Shown: positions 17,161 through 27,140, counted from the stretch's first letter. The stretch is 64,000 bases of DNA from an uncultured Bacilli bacterium (GCA_944359725.1 CALVSY010000007.1:130-64129); one strand, 5' to 3'. Made by a program: numbers and translations. Notes: generated from the sequence alone by a model not told the origin.

Positions 17161-18786
17161 TTGAAAAAAAGTAGTTTTATAAATGGTGCAATAATTGCGA
17201 CGGCAGGTATTGTTATAACTAAGATATTAGGAATTTTATACGTAATTCCTTTTTATGCAATAATAGGGGAGTCTAGTATTGCTTTATATGGTTATGCTTA
17301 TACTATTTATAATTTGTTTTTATCTTTATCAACGGTTGGTATTCCACCTGCTATGAGTAAGTTAATTAGTGAGTATAATGCATTAGGATATTATAACACT
17401 AAAGAAAGGGCCTACAAATTAGGTAAGTATTTACTTATTGGATTAGGTATAATTTTATTTTTTATAATGTTTTTTGGAGCACCTTTTATTGCTAATCAGA
17501 TAATGGGTGACAACACCGGTGGAAACTCTAAGGAAAGTATTACTTTTGTAATTAGAATAATATCAACGGCAATATTGGTTGTTCCTTATTTAAGTGTTAC
17601 TAAAGGTTACTTGCAAGGGCATAAGTTTATGGCACCACCTTCTATTAGTCAGGTAATAGAGCAGTTAGTTAGAATTGCGGTTATTTTAATTGGTAGCTAC
17701 CTATGTATGAGGGTGTTTAACTTAGGTGTTACAAATGCCGTTGGAATAGCTGTTTTTGGTGCAACACTGGGGGCACTTGCGGCACTTATATACTTACTTA
17801 TTAAGATTAAAAAGAATAAAAAAGACATAATAAGAACTGATGATAAAAAAGAAGAAGAAAAGAAAATAACTAATAAGCAAATAATAAAAAAACTACTTAT
17901 TTATTCAGTTCCTTTCATATCTTTTGGGCTTGCTTTATCAGTTTATGATTACATTGATATGACAACGATAATAGATGGACTTACTAATTTAGGTTTTAAA
18001 ACGTCTGATGCAGAAAGTGTTTTAGGAGTTATAAACACAACTGGTAATAAATTAAACAGCGTTGTTTTAGCCATTTCAACTGGTCTTATGACAAGTTTGG
18101 TACCTAACATTACATCAAGCTTTGTTAAAAAAGACTATAAAGATGTAAAACGAAAGGTAAATCAATCATTTTTAATGCTTTTATACGTTACTATGCCAAT
18201 GGCAATTGGTTTATCTATTCTTGCTAAACCGGTTTTCTATGCTTTTTATGGGGCATCTTCTTGGGGACCTAAAGTATTTTGCTTTACCATTTTTATAGCG
18301 TTATTTAGATGTATTTTTACAACGTCTGTTTCTATTGCACAATCATTAAACAAGTTTAAAAACGTATTTATTAGTATAATTGCGGGTATTTTAGTAAAAC
18401 TTGTTTTACAGTATCCATTCATGAATTTATTTGACGCTTTAGGGCTTTATCCTTTCTGGGGGTCAACGCTTGCTACTTTAACAGGTCTTGCAACTTCATT
18501 TATAACCAACTTAATCGTAATAAACAAAGTGGTTAAATTAGATATTAAAGAATACTTTAAGAAGATGTTTAAGTTTATTTATCCACTTGTTATCATGATC
18601 ATAGTACTTCTTGTAATGAAAAACTTTATTTCACTTGATGTAAATAGTACGTTTAAATCAATTTTAGTAATTGTTATATACGCGTTTGCGGGTGCGCTAA
18701 TTTACTTTACTTTAACAATAAAAAATGGTGTGTTTAAAGAGATATTTGGTGATAAATTCTTAAAAAAATTAAGGATAGTTAAATAA
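17161..18786 (+). CDS. MOP-superfamily flippase (polysaccharide biosynthesis / MurJ-like, YtgP/SpoVB family)
   Basis: 541 aa with about 14 predicted TM helices, a typical N-terminus (FINGAIIATAGIVITKILGILYVIPF) and a TTG start. Confidence 0.7.
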   Translation: MKKSSFINGAIIATAGIVITKILGILYVIPFYAIIGESSIALYGYAYTIYNLFLSLSTVGIPPAMSKLISEYNALGYYNTKERAYKLGKYLLIGLGIILFFIMFFGAPFIANQIMGDNTGGNSKESITFVIRIISTAILVVPYLSVTKGYLQGHKFMAPPSISQVIEQLVRIAVILIGSYLCMRVFNLGVTNAVGIAVFGATLGALAALIYLLIKIKKNKKDIIRTDDKKEEEKKITNKQIIKKLLIYSVPFISFGLALSVYDYIDMTTIIDGLTNLGFKTSDAESVLGVINTTGNKLNSVVLAISTGLMTSLVPNITSSFVKKDYKDVKRKVNQSFLMLLYVTMPMAIGLSILAKPVFYAFYGASSWGPKVFCFTIFIALFRCIFTTSVSIAQSLNKFKNVFISIIAGILVKLVLQYPFMNLFDALGLYPFWGSTLATLTGLATSFITNLIVINKVVKLDIKEYFKKMFKFIYPLVIMIIVLLVMKNFISLDVNSTFKSILVIVIYAFAGALIYFTLTIKNGVFKEIFGDKFLKKLRIVK

Positions 18787-18883
18787 TTTATCCTTAATTT
18801 TTTACTTTTACTTTACAATTTATGAAATGAAATGTATATTTGCGTCTGTTTTTGTGGTAATCTAATTATATAGAGGTGATTTT

Positions 18884-19558
18884 ATGTTTAATGATTTATT
18901 CATAAAAATGCAAACTAAATTAAATGATAATGCGATTGATGATGTAAGTTCTGTTAAAGAATACGCAGATTACATGGTTAAAAAAACGTTTAAAAACATG
19001 TTCCCTGAAGAGGGGATTAACATGGGTAACGTAAAAGAATTAATGAAAGAAGGTAGCAAAAAACTAGCTGAGTTATATGATGCTGATTCCAAGGAAGTAT
19101 TTGAAACGTTAACTTACGAGTTGGATGATTTAATTCCTAATTGGGAAAATTACATAGATATTAATAATTTACAGAACGCGATAGCAGATTCTTTTGTAAA
19201 TCGTTTTTTCAAGGAAAAATATGATGATGTGCCTGATGAGAAAACGGTAAGTTCGTTTGATGATGCAGTAAGAAACACCATTAACAGAAACATAGAATTC
19301 GGATATAAAATGGAGTCTAAAGAGGATGCTAGAAAATTTTTAAGCAAGTTGTTTCATGAGTTTTTTGATAAGGATAACGTATATTCTTTTACTTCTAGAT
19401 ATGGTTCAAGAAAATACGTATCAACTCAAAGTAAGGAACGTTTATTACAAGAAATGATGAAAACCGCTAAAATGGATTCAAGCTTACCAGCGGAAGAACT
19501 AGAGTCTGAAATAAGAGAAAACTATATAAAAAGCGTTGTGGATTCCATGGATTTTTAA
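18884..19558 (+). CDS. Hypothetical protein (224 aa)
   Basis: ORF with SD AGAGGTGA. No motif recognised. Confidence 0.5.
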   Translation: MFNDLFIKMQTKLNDNAIDDVSSVKEYADYMVKKTFKNMFPEEGINMGNVKELMKEGSKKLAELYDADSKEVFETLTYELDDLIPNWENYIDINNLQNAIADSFVNRFFKEKYDDVPDEKTVSSFDDAVRNTINRNIEFGYKMESKEDARKFLSKLFHEFFDKDNVYSFTSRYGSRKYVSTQSKERLLQEMMKTAKMDSSLPAEELESEIRENYIKSVVDSMDF

Positions 19559-19565
19559 AAAAATA

Positions 19566-19587
19566 AAAAGTCTACAAATAGACTTTT
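19566..19587. terminator. Bidirectional terminator between convergent genes
   Basis: AAAAGTCTA (19566-19574) / TAGACTTTT (19579-19587), flanked by A- and T-runs. Confidence 0.6.
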
Positions 19588-19588
19588 T

Positions 19589-19879
19589 TTACATCATATA
19601 CATTTCTCCGTTATATAAAGAGTTATTTTGAGTTGCTTGATATGGAATGTTATCATTTTGATTGTTGTTTAAATTGTTATTTAAGTTATTTTGATAGTTT
19701 TGCTGATTTTGATAAGGTGCTTCTAGTCTTGATACTTTGTTTTCTAAGACTTTAACTTTTTTCTCTAACTGGTTTACTTTGGTTTCTAAATTACTATAAT
19801 TATCATTCATATAATTAGGAAACATCATCATGTTAGCGGGGAAATTCATACCATTAAATGGCATGTTTCTATTGTTCAT
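19589..19879 (-). CDS. Asn/Gln/Met-rich small protein with a central coiled coil
   Basis: SD AAGGAG (reverse complement of 19885-19890) precedes the ATG at 19879. Product MNNRNMPFNGMNFPANMMMF...LETKVNQLEKKVKVLENKVSRLE...NNLNNNLNNNQ. Confidence 0.5.
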   Translation of the reverse strand: MNNRNMPFNGMNFPANMMMFPNYMNDNYSNLETKVNQLEKKVKVLENKVSRLEAPYQNQQNYQNNLNNNLNNNQNDNIPYQATQNNSLYNGEMYMM

Positions 19880-19961
19880 AATTACTCCTTTCATTAAAAA
19901 AGCTTTCATTTAATTATATGCTTATTTTGGGTTTTGGTGTATAATTGTCTTGGTGATTTAA

Positions 19962-20597
19962 TTGAGACTTAAAAACGTAAAGAACGCAAGTGAAATAATA
20001 ATGAATTCTAGTTATATTATAAAGGATCCTAAAAAATATAAAGGAAACTATAGTAAGTTATTTGGAAATGATAACCCAATAGACATAGAAATAGGAATGG
20101 GTAAAGGGAACTTTATAATTGGTATGGCTTTAAAAAATCCCAACGTTAATTACATAGGAATAGAAATGTATGATAGCGTAATAGTTCGTGCGACGCAAAA
20201 GCTAGAAAACCAAACAATACCTAATTTAAGGTTAATTAGAATGGATGCTAATTTAATAAACGATGTTTTTGAAAATGAAATAAATACAATATATCTTAAT
20301 TTTTCAGATCCATGGCCTAAGAAAAGGCATGCAAAAAGACGTCTTACTTCGCACGAGTTTTTAAAAAAGTATGATGGTGTTTTTAAAGGTGAGAAAAAAA
20401 TATTTCAAAAAACTGATAACATAGATTTATTTGCTTTTTCCATAGAGTCTTTAAGTACTTATGGTTATGTTTTAAAAAACGTAACAATGGATTTATATAG
20501 CAACATGATAGAAAATAACGTTCAAACTGAGTATGAAAAAAAATTTGCAAGTAAAAATGTTAAAATATGTCGTTTAGAAGCTTATAAAAATGATTAA
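19962..20597 (+). CDS. trmB: tRNA (guanine46-N7)-methyltransferase
   Basis: SAM-MTase motifs IEIGMGKG and NFSDPWPKKRHAKRRL. TTG start after GGTGAT. Confidence 0.85.
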   Translation: MRLKNVKNASEIIMNSSYIIKDPKKYKGNYSKLFGNDNPIDIEIGMGKGNFIIGMALKNPNVNYIGIEMYDSVIVRATQKLENQTIPNLRLIRMDANLINDVFENEINTIYLNFSDPWPKKRHAKRRLTSHEFLKKYDGVFKGEKKIFQKTDNIDLFAFSIESLSTYGYVLKNVTMDLYSNMIENNVQTEYEKKFASKNVKICRLEAYKND

Positions 20598-20652
20598 AGG
20601 TTTTACTTTTTTTCTTTTTTTGATATAATTATTTTAAAGTAGGTGATTAGCT

Positions 20653-21387
20653 TTGAAAAAATGTTTATTATTACTTCTTTGTTTAGTTTTGCTTTCTGGG
20701 TGCAGTTTAACTAGAATGGATAACATGACTTATGAAGAGGTAATGGATAAAATTTTGTCTTTAAATATAAACTTATATAATAAAGTTGGTAAGGGTTACA
20801 AGTATTACGCTCCACGCGGAATAGTAATGTTAGATTCTAATACTTATAATGATGTTTTAAGAAGAAATGATGTAACTTATTATTTATATGTTGATGTTGT
20901 AAGTTATTACTATAAAACGGACATAGATTATAAAAAAAGTAAAAACGCCTATTTTTCAAAAGAACTTAAGTATGGAAATAAAACCGGATATGTTGAAATA
21001 ACTAAAGATAAAGATGATTTATATGTTCAAATGGTGTATAATTATGCTAAAATAGAAACGTATGTAAAAGAAAAGGATGTTAATAGCGCGCTTGAGGATA
21101 TGAGTTATATTTTATCTAGTATTAATTTTAATGATACACTTCTTACTAAAATGTATGAAGAAGGTGCGTTTGATTCGAATGTAGAAGTATATAGGTTATT
21201 TGATAATAAGGATAAAGAAGGAAACTTCCTTGAGTATGTTGAAGAGTATGATAAGTACGAGGAAGATGAAGCGGTTGCGCCTGAAGAGGAAATAAAGGTA
21301 AAAGATACCACAACTACCTCAACAACAACGACAACAACGACGACCACAACAGCAACTACAACGACAACTACTACTTCTGGTAATTAA
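20653..21387 (+). CDS. Lipoprotein with a C-terminal poly-Thr tail
   Basis: Signal peptide plus lipobox LLSGC. The C-terminus is TTTTSTTTTTTTTTTATTTTTTTSGN, encoded by ACN repeats at ~21300-21380. Confidence 0.6.
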   Translation: MKKCLLLLLCLVLLSGCSLTRMDNMTYEEVMDKILSLNINLYNKVGKGYKYYAPRGIVMLDSNTYNDVLRRNDVTYYLYVDVVSYYYKTDIDYKKSKNAYFSKELKYGNKTGYVEITKDKDDLYVQMVYNYAKIETYVKEKDVNSALEDMSYILSSINFNDTLLTKMYEEGAFDSNVEVYRLFDNKDKEGNFLEYVEEYDKYEEDEAVAPEEEIKVKDTTTTSTTTTTTTTTTATTTTTTTSGN

Positions 21388-21411
21388 TAAAGGAAAGGTG
21401 TGATTATCAAT

Positions 21412-22311
21412 ATGGGACTTATGAGTAAATTAAACAAGATGAAAAGTTTCTTATTTGATGAGGAAGATGAGGAAAAAGAGGAAAAAAAGCAGGGTAAAAA
21501 GGACTTGAAAAAAGAAGATAAAATAACGCCTCAAAAAGAAATCGTTATGAAAAAAGACGAAGATGAAAAAATAGAAGAGTTATACTTTGAGGAAGAAAAA
21601 AAAGAAGATAAAATAATAAATGAAAATAATGAAATAAAATCAAGGACTTCAAAAATAGAGGAAAAATTTAAGTTTCCTGAGTTTGACGATGATGATTTTA
21701 TGGTTGTAAATAAAAAACCAGAACCTATTATTCCGGTAAAAAAGCCTGAGCCAAAAAGGACTCTTTATCAAGGCAGCAAAAGAAAAGAGGATAAAAAGTT
21801 TAAGCCAAGTCCTATTATTTCTCCAATATATGGATTATTAGATAATCAAGGTAACATGGTTAAAGAGGAGAAAAAAGCTGATAAAACGCCTTTATATAGC
21901 GAGGAAAAGACGTTTGATGAAGTTCGAAAAAAAGCGTATGGAAAGCTTGATGAAGAACTAGAAAGCACACTTAAAAGACTAAGTAATAAAACGATTGAAG
22001 AAGCTGAAAAACAAATGCAGGAAGAAGAGGAGCTATCAAGGCAAAAGAAGCATAAAAAACAAGAAGAAAAAGCATCTTTAATAACATCTTTAAAAGAAAA
22101 TGAAGAAGAAGACGATGATGATGACGATATGATTTTGCCAAACGTTAATTTTAAAGAAATTGACGTTGATAAAGAAAAGAATAAGTCACTTAAGAAAACC
22201 GCTAAGAATAAAGTGGCAAAAAAAGACGATGATGATGACGATGATGATACAAAAGAGCAGGACTTATTTAATTTAATTGATACAATGTATCAAAATAAGG
22301 AGGAAGAATAA
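21412..22311 (+). CDS. Highly charged K/E/D-rich protein
   Basis: Start is ambiguous (GTG 21400, ATG 21412 or ATG 21421). Contains D6-D8 runs. The stop overlaps the next start (TAATG). Confidence 0.45.
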   Translation: MGLMSKLNKMKSFLFDEEDEEKEEKKQGKKDLKKEDKITPQKEIVMKKDEDEKIEELYFEEEKKEDKIINENNEIKSRTSKIEEKFKFPEFDDDDFMVVNKKPEPIIPVKKPEPKRTLYQGSKRKEDKKFKPSPIISPIYGLLDNQGNMVKEEKKADKTPLYSEEKTFDEVRKKAYGKLDEELESTLKRLSNKTIEEAEKQMQEEEELSRQKKHKKQEEKASLITSLKENEEEDDDDDDMILPNVNFKEIDVDKEKNKSLKKTAKNKVAKKDDDDDDDDTKEQDLFNLIDTMYQNKEEE

Positions 22312-22640
22312 TGCAGGAGTTTCTTAGTTCATATTTACCAATACTTATATATATACTATTATGTATCCTTATAGTTTTGCTTATAATAATATGTGTTAAA
22401 GTAATTAAAACAATGAATAGAGTCGAAAAAATCGTTGATGATGTGGATGAAAAGGTAAAATCTTTAAATGGAGTATTTAGCATCGTTGATACGGTAACTG
22501 ATAAGTTATCTGCTTTAACGGAGGTTATTTCTGATTCTATAATATTATTTATTAAGGGTATTTTTAAAAGGAAGAAAAAGAAACTTGAAAAAGAACAAGA
22601 AGAAAGGAAGGAAGAGGAAAATGGCGAAGAAGAAGAGTAG
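22311..22640 (+). CDS. DUF948-like membrane protein (YtxG-like)
   Basis: One TM helix followed by a coiled-coil segment (VEKIVDDVDEKVKSLNGVFSIVDTVTDKLSALTEVI). Family assignment is from memory. Confidence 0.45.
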   Translation: MQEFLSSYLPILIYILLCILIVLLIIICVKVIKTMNRVEKIVDDVDEKVKSLNGVFSIVDTVTDKLSALTEVISDSIILFIKGIFKRKKKKLEKEQEERKEEENGEEEE

Positions 22641-23025
22641 TGCTGGAAAGTTCTTTTTAGGAGCTGCTATTGGAGCGGCACTAGGCGTATTATTTGCACC
22701 AAAATCAGGTAAAGAAACAAGGGCTGCTTTAAAGAAAAAGGCTGAGGAATTAATTGAGAAAGCAAAGGAAATAGACGTTTTGGAAGTAAGGGATACGATT
22801 AGTGAAAAAACTGCTGCTTTAATTGAAGAAATAAAAGATCTAGATAAAGAAAAAGTTTTAAAAATCGCCAAGAAAAAAGCCGAAGATCTAAAAAAGCATG
22901 CAGGTGAATTAGTAGAATACACCAAGAAAAAGGCAACTCCTATCGTTGAGGACGCAGCAGAAGCTTTAAGAGAAAAAGCAATTGAAGCAACTAAAAAAGT
23001 ATTAGACAAATTAGAATCTAAATAA
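22621..23025 (+). CDS. YtxH-like general stress protein
   Basis: Motif GKFFLGAAIGAALGVLFAPKSGKETRAALKKKAEEL. ATG 22621 after GGAAGAGGAAA. Overlaps the previous gene by 20 nt. Confidence 0.6.
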   Translation: MAKKKSSAGKFFLGAAIGAALGVLFAPKSGKETRAALKKKAEELIEKAKEIDVLEVRDTISEKTAALIEEIKDLDKEKVLKIAKKKAEDLKKHAGELVEYTKKKATPIVEDAAEALREKAIEATKKVLDKLESK

Positions 23026-23051
23026 AAAGTGCTTATTTTAGCACTTTTTTT
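23025..23051 (+). terminator. Intrinsic terminator
   Basis: AAAAGTGCT (23025-23033) / AGCACTTTT (23040-23048) plus a T-run. Confidence 0.6.
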
Positions 23052-23089
23052 AGTTCTTTTGCATAGATTAAAACGAGGAGGGGATTCTA

Positions 23090-23608
23090 ATGTTTAAAGA
23101 AATCGTAACTAAAGCAGTAATTGGCAAAGGTAAGAAGTATTTTAAGAATAATTATAATCTTCTTGCGGAACATAATGCTAATACAATACTAGGTTGTTGG
23201 GTAATTAACCATGAGTTTAAAGGATCAGTAAGTGGTGATAAAGTTGTTATAGATGGTAGTTTTGACATAAATATATGGTATTCTTATGATGATGATAAGA
23301 AAACGGCCGTTGCAAGTAAAAACATTTCATATAGTGAAACAGTAAATATTAAAACAAAACTAGGTACAACAATAAGCGGTAGTGACATAATTGTAAGAGC
23401 ATTAAAACAACCAACTTGTAGTAACGTTAAGGTAAAAGATGACGTAATAGAATTTGATATAGAAAAAGAACTTGGAATAGAAGTTGTAAATGATACTAAA
23501 GTTAAGGTTCAAATAGAAGATGATGAAGATCCATGGGATACGCTAGATGATGATGAAGAAGAAGTAGAAAAGAAAATAGATGAAGAAGTTAAAGAGGATT
23601 TTATTTAG
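23090..23608 (+). CDS. cotE: Outer spore coat morphogenetic protein CotE
   Basis: MFKEIVTKAVIGKGKKY...ILGCWVINHEF...FDINIWYSYDDDKKT...RALKQPTC with an acidic C-terminal tail, collinear with B. subtilis CotE as I recall it. Confidence 0.7.
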   Translation: MFKEIVTKAVIGKGKKYFKNNYNLLAEHNANTILGCWVINHEFKGSVSGDKVVIDGSFDINIWYSYDDDKKTAVASKNISYSETVNIKTKLGTTISGSDIIVRALKQPTCSNVKVKDDVIEFDIEKELGIEVVNDTKVKVQIEDDEDPWDTLDDDEEEVEKKIDEEVKEDFI

Positions 23609-23651
23609 AATCCTTTTTAAATAAATAAAATAAGACTGTTAACAAAAATAG

Positions 23652-23681
23652 TTGACAAGTACATTTAGCTTATGATAGAAT
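23652..23681 (+). promoter_or_regulatory. Putative sigmaA promoter of rpsP
   Basis: TTGACA (23652-23657), 18-nt spacer, TGaTAGAAT (23673-23681). Confidence 0.5.
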
Positions 23682-23708
23682 GGTTTTATATGAAGGAGGA
23701 AACAAAAC

Positions 23709-23981
23709 ATGGCAGTAAAATTAAGATTAAAAAGAATGGGAGCTAAGAAAAAACCTTTTTACAGAATCGTTGCAGCTGATTCAAGAAGCCCAAGAGATGG
23801 TAGATTTATAGAAATGGTAGGAACTTATAATCCATTAACAAATCCTGCTGAGATAAAAATAAATGAAGAATTAGCTATGAAATGGTTAAAGAATGGAGCA
23901 ACACCTACTGATACGGTAAGAAACTTATTATCTAAAAGTGGAATCATGGCTAAATTTGCTAAAGAAAAACAAGGTAAGTAA
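23709..23981 (+). CDS. rpsP: 30S ribosomal protein S16
   Basis: [41 protein letters not shown]. Confidence 0.95.
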   Translation: MAVKLRLKRMGAKKKPFYRIVAADSRSPRDGRFIEMVGTYNPLTNPAEIKINEELAMKWLKNGATPTDTVRNLLSKSGIMAKFAKEKQGK

Positions 23982-23983
23982 TT

Positions 23984-24232
23984 ATGAAATTAGTAGAGTT
24001 AACTAAGGTTATCGTAAGTGAGCTTGTAAGTGATCCGGATAGCATAACGGTAAAAGAATTTCCTAGCGAAAACGAAGATGAAATTATAATTGAAGTAATG
24101 GTTCCAGAAAAAGAAATGGGAAGAGTAATAGGAAAAGATGGTACGATGGCAAAAGCATTAAGAACCATTGTACAAGCAAGTTCATACATTCATGATAATA
24201 AAAGAGTAAACATTAACATTGATTCTTACTAA
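23984..24232 (+). CDS. ylqC: KH-domain RNA-binding protein (YlqC/KhpA family)
   Basis: 82 aa with the KH motif MGRVIGKDGTMAKALRTIV, immediately after rpsP as in Bacilli. Confidence 0.85.
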   Translation: MKLVELTKVIVSELVSDPDSITVKEFPSENEDEIIIEVMVPEKEMGRVIGKDGTMAKALRTIVQASSYIHDNKRVNINIDSY

Positions 24233-24343
24233 GAAGGCTTAATAAAGTCTTCTTTTTATTTATGCTTTTTTGTAAACTTAACTAATAATTTATTGTTAAA
24301 AATTAGCAATTGTATTATAATAAAAAAGTAAGGATGTGAATGT

Positions 24344-25117
24344 ATGAAAAAAAGAGTAATTAGTGCGATAGTTGCGCTTATAATATTTGTCCCTCTTGTT
24401 ATAATAGGTGGCATTTGGTTTAAGATAGCTGCTTGTGTTTTAGCGGTTTTAGGAATAAAAGAATTCTTGGATTTACCAAGTAATGAGAAAAGACCAAAAT
24501 ACGTTGATGTTATAATATACGCATTAACATTATTACTCGTATTTATGGATGATAAAAGAGAATATTATTATTTATTAACGTTTTTGATTCCGTTTTTAGC
24601 GGTAATATATTGTAATGATAATAAAAAGTATAATGCTGATGATGCGTTTAGACTTATTGGTAATACCATTTTAGTTGGAACGGTATTTCATGCGTTTATA
24701 ATCATTAGAGAAAAAAGTTTAATGTTATTTATATATCTTTTCTTAATTACGATGCTTACTGATACTTATGCACACTTAGGAGGCTCTTTAGTTGGTAAAC
24801 ACAAATTAGCACCTAAAATATCTCCTAATAAAACTTGGGAGGGTGCAATAATCGGTGGTATATTTGGAACGCTTTGTGCTGCAACGTTTTATTATATAGC
24901 AATTGATAGTAACGTAAGCGTGCTTTTACTTCTTATTGTAACTTTATTTTTGTCTACTTTAGGACAGTTAGGAGATTTGTTCTTTAGTGCTGTTAAAAGA
25001 AATCACAACATAAAGGATTTTTCTAATATTATGCCAGGTCATGGTGGTGTATTAGATAGATTAGATAGTATTATTTTCGTAGTTATTGGATATATTTTAT
25101 TATCAGGTATTTTTTAG
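24344..25117 (+). CDS. cdsA: Phosphatidate cytidylyltransferase
   Basis: Polytopic. Signature SAVKRNHNIKDFSNIMPGHGGVLDRLDS. Confidence 0.9.
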   Translation: MKKRVISAIVALIIFVPLVIIGGIWFKIAACVLAVLGIKEFLDLPSNEKRPKYVDVIIYALTLLLVFMDDKREYYYLLTFLIPFLAVIYCNDNKKYNADDAFRLIGNTILVGTVFHAFIIIREKSLMLFIYLFLITMLTDTYAHLGGSLVGKHKLAPKISPNKTWEGAIIGGIFGTLCAATFYYIAIDSNVSVLLLLIVTLFLSTLGQLGDLFFSAVKRNHNIKDFSNIMPGHGGVLDRLDSIIFVVIGYILLSGIF

Positions 25118-25127
25118 GAGGATACTA

Positions 25128-26174
25128 ATGCTTACTTTAATATATTTCATATTAATGCTTGGAATAATCGTTTTTATTCATGAACTTGGTCACTTTTTCT
25201 GGGCAAAAAAATCTGGAGTTTATTGTTATGAGTTTTCGATCGGATTCGGTCCTAAACTTTTCTCTTTTAACAGAAAAAATGATGAGACTTTGTACTGCGT
25301 AAGGCTAATTCCAATCGGTGGATACGTTGCGATGGCAGGGGAAGAAGTTGATGATGATAAAACCGTTCCAAAAGATAAAAAGATGTACAACAAGCCTTGG
25401 TATAAAAAGTTAATAATCGTACTTGCGGGTGTTACTAATAACTTTATACTAGGTTTTGTAGTTTTATTTATAATGGCTTTATGCTATGGCTCTTATACAA
25501 CAAAACCAGTTATTGGGCAGGTTGCAGAAGAATCAGCAAGCGAAAAAGCTGGTCTAGAAGTTGGCGATCAAATAATTAGCATAAACGGCAAAAGAATCAG
25601 AACATGGGATGATGTTACTTTAACGCTTACTTTAGCGGATAATGAAAAAGCACAAACGCTTGTTGTTGAAACGGAAAGTGGCGAAGAAAAAGAAATAAAG
25701 ATAAAGCCTGAGAAAGTAGAAGATGATGAAGGAAACGTTTCATATGCTTATGGTATGGGACTTGATAGTACTAGGTATCATGGTATTAAAAACGCGTTTA
25801 GTTATGCAACAAGTAAGTTTGGCTCTACTTTTAATTCGATGATCATAACTATTAAAGCATTAGTAACGGGAGACATTGGTCTAAGTGCCTTATCAGGCCC
25901 AGTTGGTATTTATACGATTGTAGGACAGCAAAGTAAGGCGGGATTAGAAGGTTTACTTTACTTACTTGCGTACCTATCTATAAACGTTGGATTTATTAAC
26001 TTAATTCCGTTCCCTGCGTTTGATGGATACCGTGCTTTAATAATTATAATTGAAAGAATTACTAAGAAAAAGGTTAATGCAAAAGTAGATGCAATCATAA
26101 ATAACATTGGATTACTATTACTTTTTGCACTTATGATATTTATAACCGCAAAGGATATTTTAAGACTTTTTTAA
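25128..26174 (+). CDS. rseP: Site-2 (RIP) zinc metalloprotease RseP/RasP
   Basis: HELGHF motif, PDZ segment, C-terminal NLIPFPAFDG. AGGAGG at 25116-25121, so ATG 25128 is preferred over the track start at 25086. Confidence 0.9.
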   Translation: MLTLIYFILMLGIIVFIHELGHFFWAKKSGVYCYEFSIGFGPKLFSFNRKNDETLYCVRLIPIGGYVAMAGEEVDDDKTVPKDKKMYNKPWYKKLIIVLAGVTNNFILGFVVLFIMALCYGSYTTKPVIGQVAEESASEKAGLEVGDQIISINGKRIRTWDDVTLTLTLADNEKAQTLVVETESGEEKEIKIKPEKVEDDEGNVSYAYGMGLDSTRYHGIKNAFSYATSKFGSTFNSMIITIKALVTGDIGLSALSGPVGIYTIVGQQSKAGLEGLLYLLAYLSINVGFINLIPFPAFDGYRALIIIIERITKKKVNAKVDAIINNIGLLLLFALMIFITAKDILRLF

Positions 26175-26204
26175 AAAAAGTCTTTTTAAGAAAGAGGCGA
26201 TTTA

Positions 26205-27140
26205 ATGAAAGACTTAAAGGTAATATTTATGGGTACACCAGATTTTTGTGTTCCAATACTTGAAGAGTTAATAAAAAAGTGCACCGTAATTGCAGTAGTA
26301 ACGCAGCCGGATAAAGAAGTAGGAAGAAAAAAGGTGCTTAGCCCATCACCAATTAAAGAAGTTGCGTTAAAAAATAACATAAAGATATTACAACCAGTTA
26401 AAATAAAAGAAGAGTATCAAGATATAATAGATTTAAACCCAGATATTATTATAACTTGTGCTTATGGACAAATAGTACCAGAAATTATTTTAAACGCACC
26501 AAAATATGGCTGTATAAACGTTCATGCATCACTCTTACCTAAGCTAAGAGGTGGTGCACCTATTCATAAAGCAATAATAAATGGTTATAAAAAAACTGGA
26601 ATAACAATTATGTACATGGATAAGGGAATGGATACTGGTGATATGATATCCAAAGCGGAAGTTGATATAACGGATTTTGATACCGCAGAAACTCTTCATG
26701 ATAAATTACAAAAAGCATCAGTACCTCTTTTAATGGACACCTTACCAAGCATAATAAATGGTACTAATAAAAGAGAAAAGCAAAATAATGATGATGCAAC
26801 TTATGCATATAACGTATCGAGAGAAGATGAGCACGTATTATTTAATGATGTATCTTTAAACATATATAACAAGATAAGAGGACTTAATTCATGGCCAGGA
26901 GCTTATGCCGTGCTAGATGATAAGAACATTAAATTATGGGCATCTAAAATAAGCGATAACGTATATGATAAAAAACCAGGCACTATAGTTAATTTAAGTA
27001 AAGATGGTATGGAAGTAGTAACAAAAGATAAAAGCATTTTAATAACCGAGTTACAACTACCGGGTAAAAAGAAAATGAACATAAAAGATTTTATAAATGG
27101 TAATAAAAAAGAAGATTATTTAAACAAGTGCTTTAAATAA
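26205..27140 (+). CDS. fmt: Methionyl-tRNA formyltransferase
   Basis: IFMGTPDF and HASLLPKLRGGAPI motifs. Confidence 0.95.
   Translation: MKDLKVIFMGTPDFCVPILEELIKKCTVIAVVTQPDKEVGRKKVLSPSPIKEVALKNNIKILQPVKIKEEYQDIIDLNPDIIITCAYGQIVPEIILNAPKYGCINVHASLLPKLRGGAPIHKAIINGYKKTGITIMYMDKGMDTGDMISKAEVDITDFDTAETLHDKLQKASVPLLMDTLPSIINGTNKREKQNNDDATYAYNVSREDEHVLFNDVSLNIYNKIRGLNSWPGAYAVLDDKNIKLWASKISDNVYDKKPGTIVNLSKDGMEVVTKDKSILITELQLPGKKKMNIKDFINGNKKEDYLNKCFK

Noticed and set aside
21295-21385. ACN-rich DNA repeat (poly-Thr) and Asp-codon runs (22105-22250) as possible CRISPR or satellite elements
   Set aside because: They are in-frame homopolymeric amino-acid tracts inside ORFs, with no repeat-spacer architecture. 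No CRISPR array is present anywhere in the window.
23043-23070. SigmaK-type promoter (AC-N17-CATAGATTA) in front of cotE
   Set aside because: The match to AC-N16/17-CATANNNTA is exact. However, the -10 ends only ~5 nt before the SD (GAGGAGGGG 23075-23083), so the inferred TSS would fall inside the SD. The AC also lies within the upstream terminator stem. This cannot be supported without TSS data. A similar CATATTAT upstream of the BclA-like gene (63486-63493) has the wrong -35 spacing.
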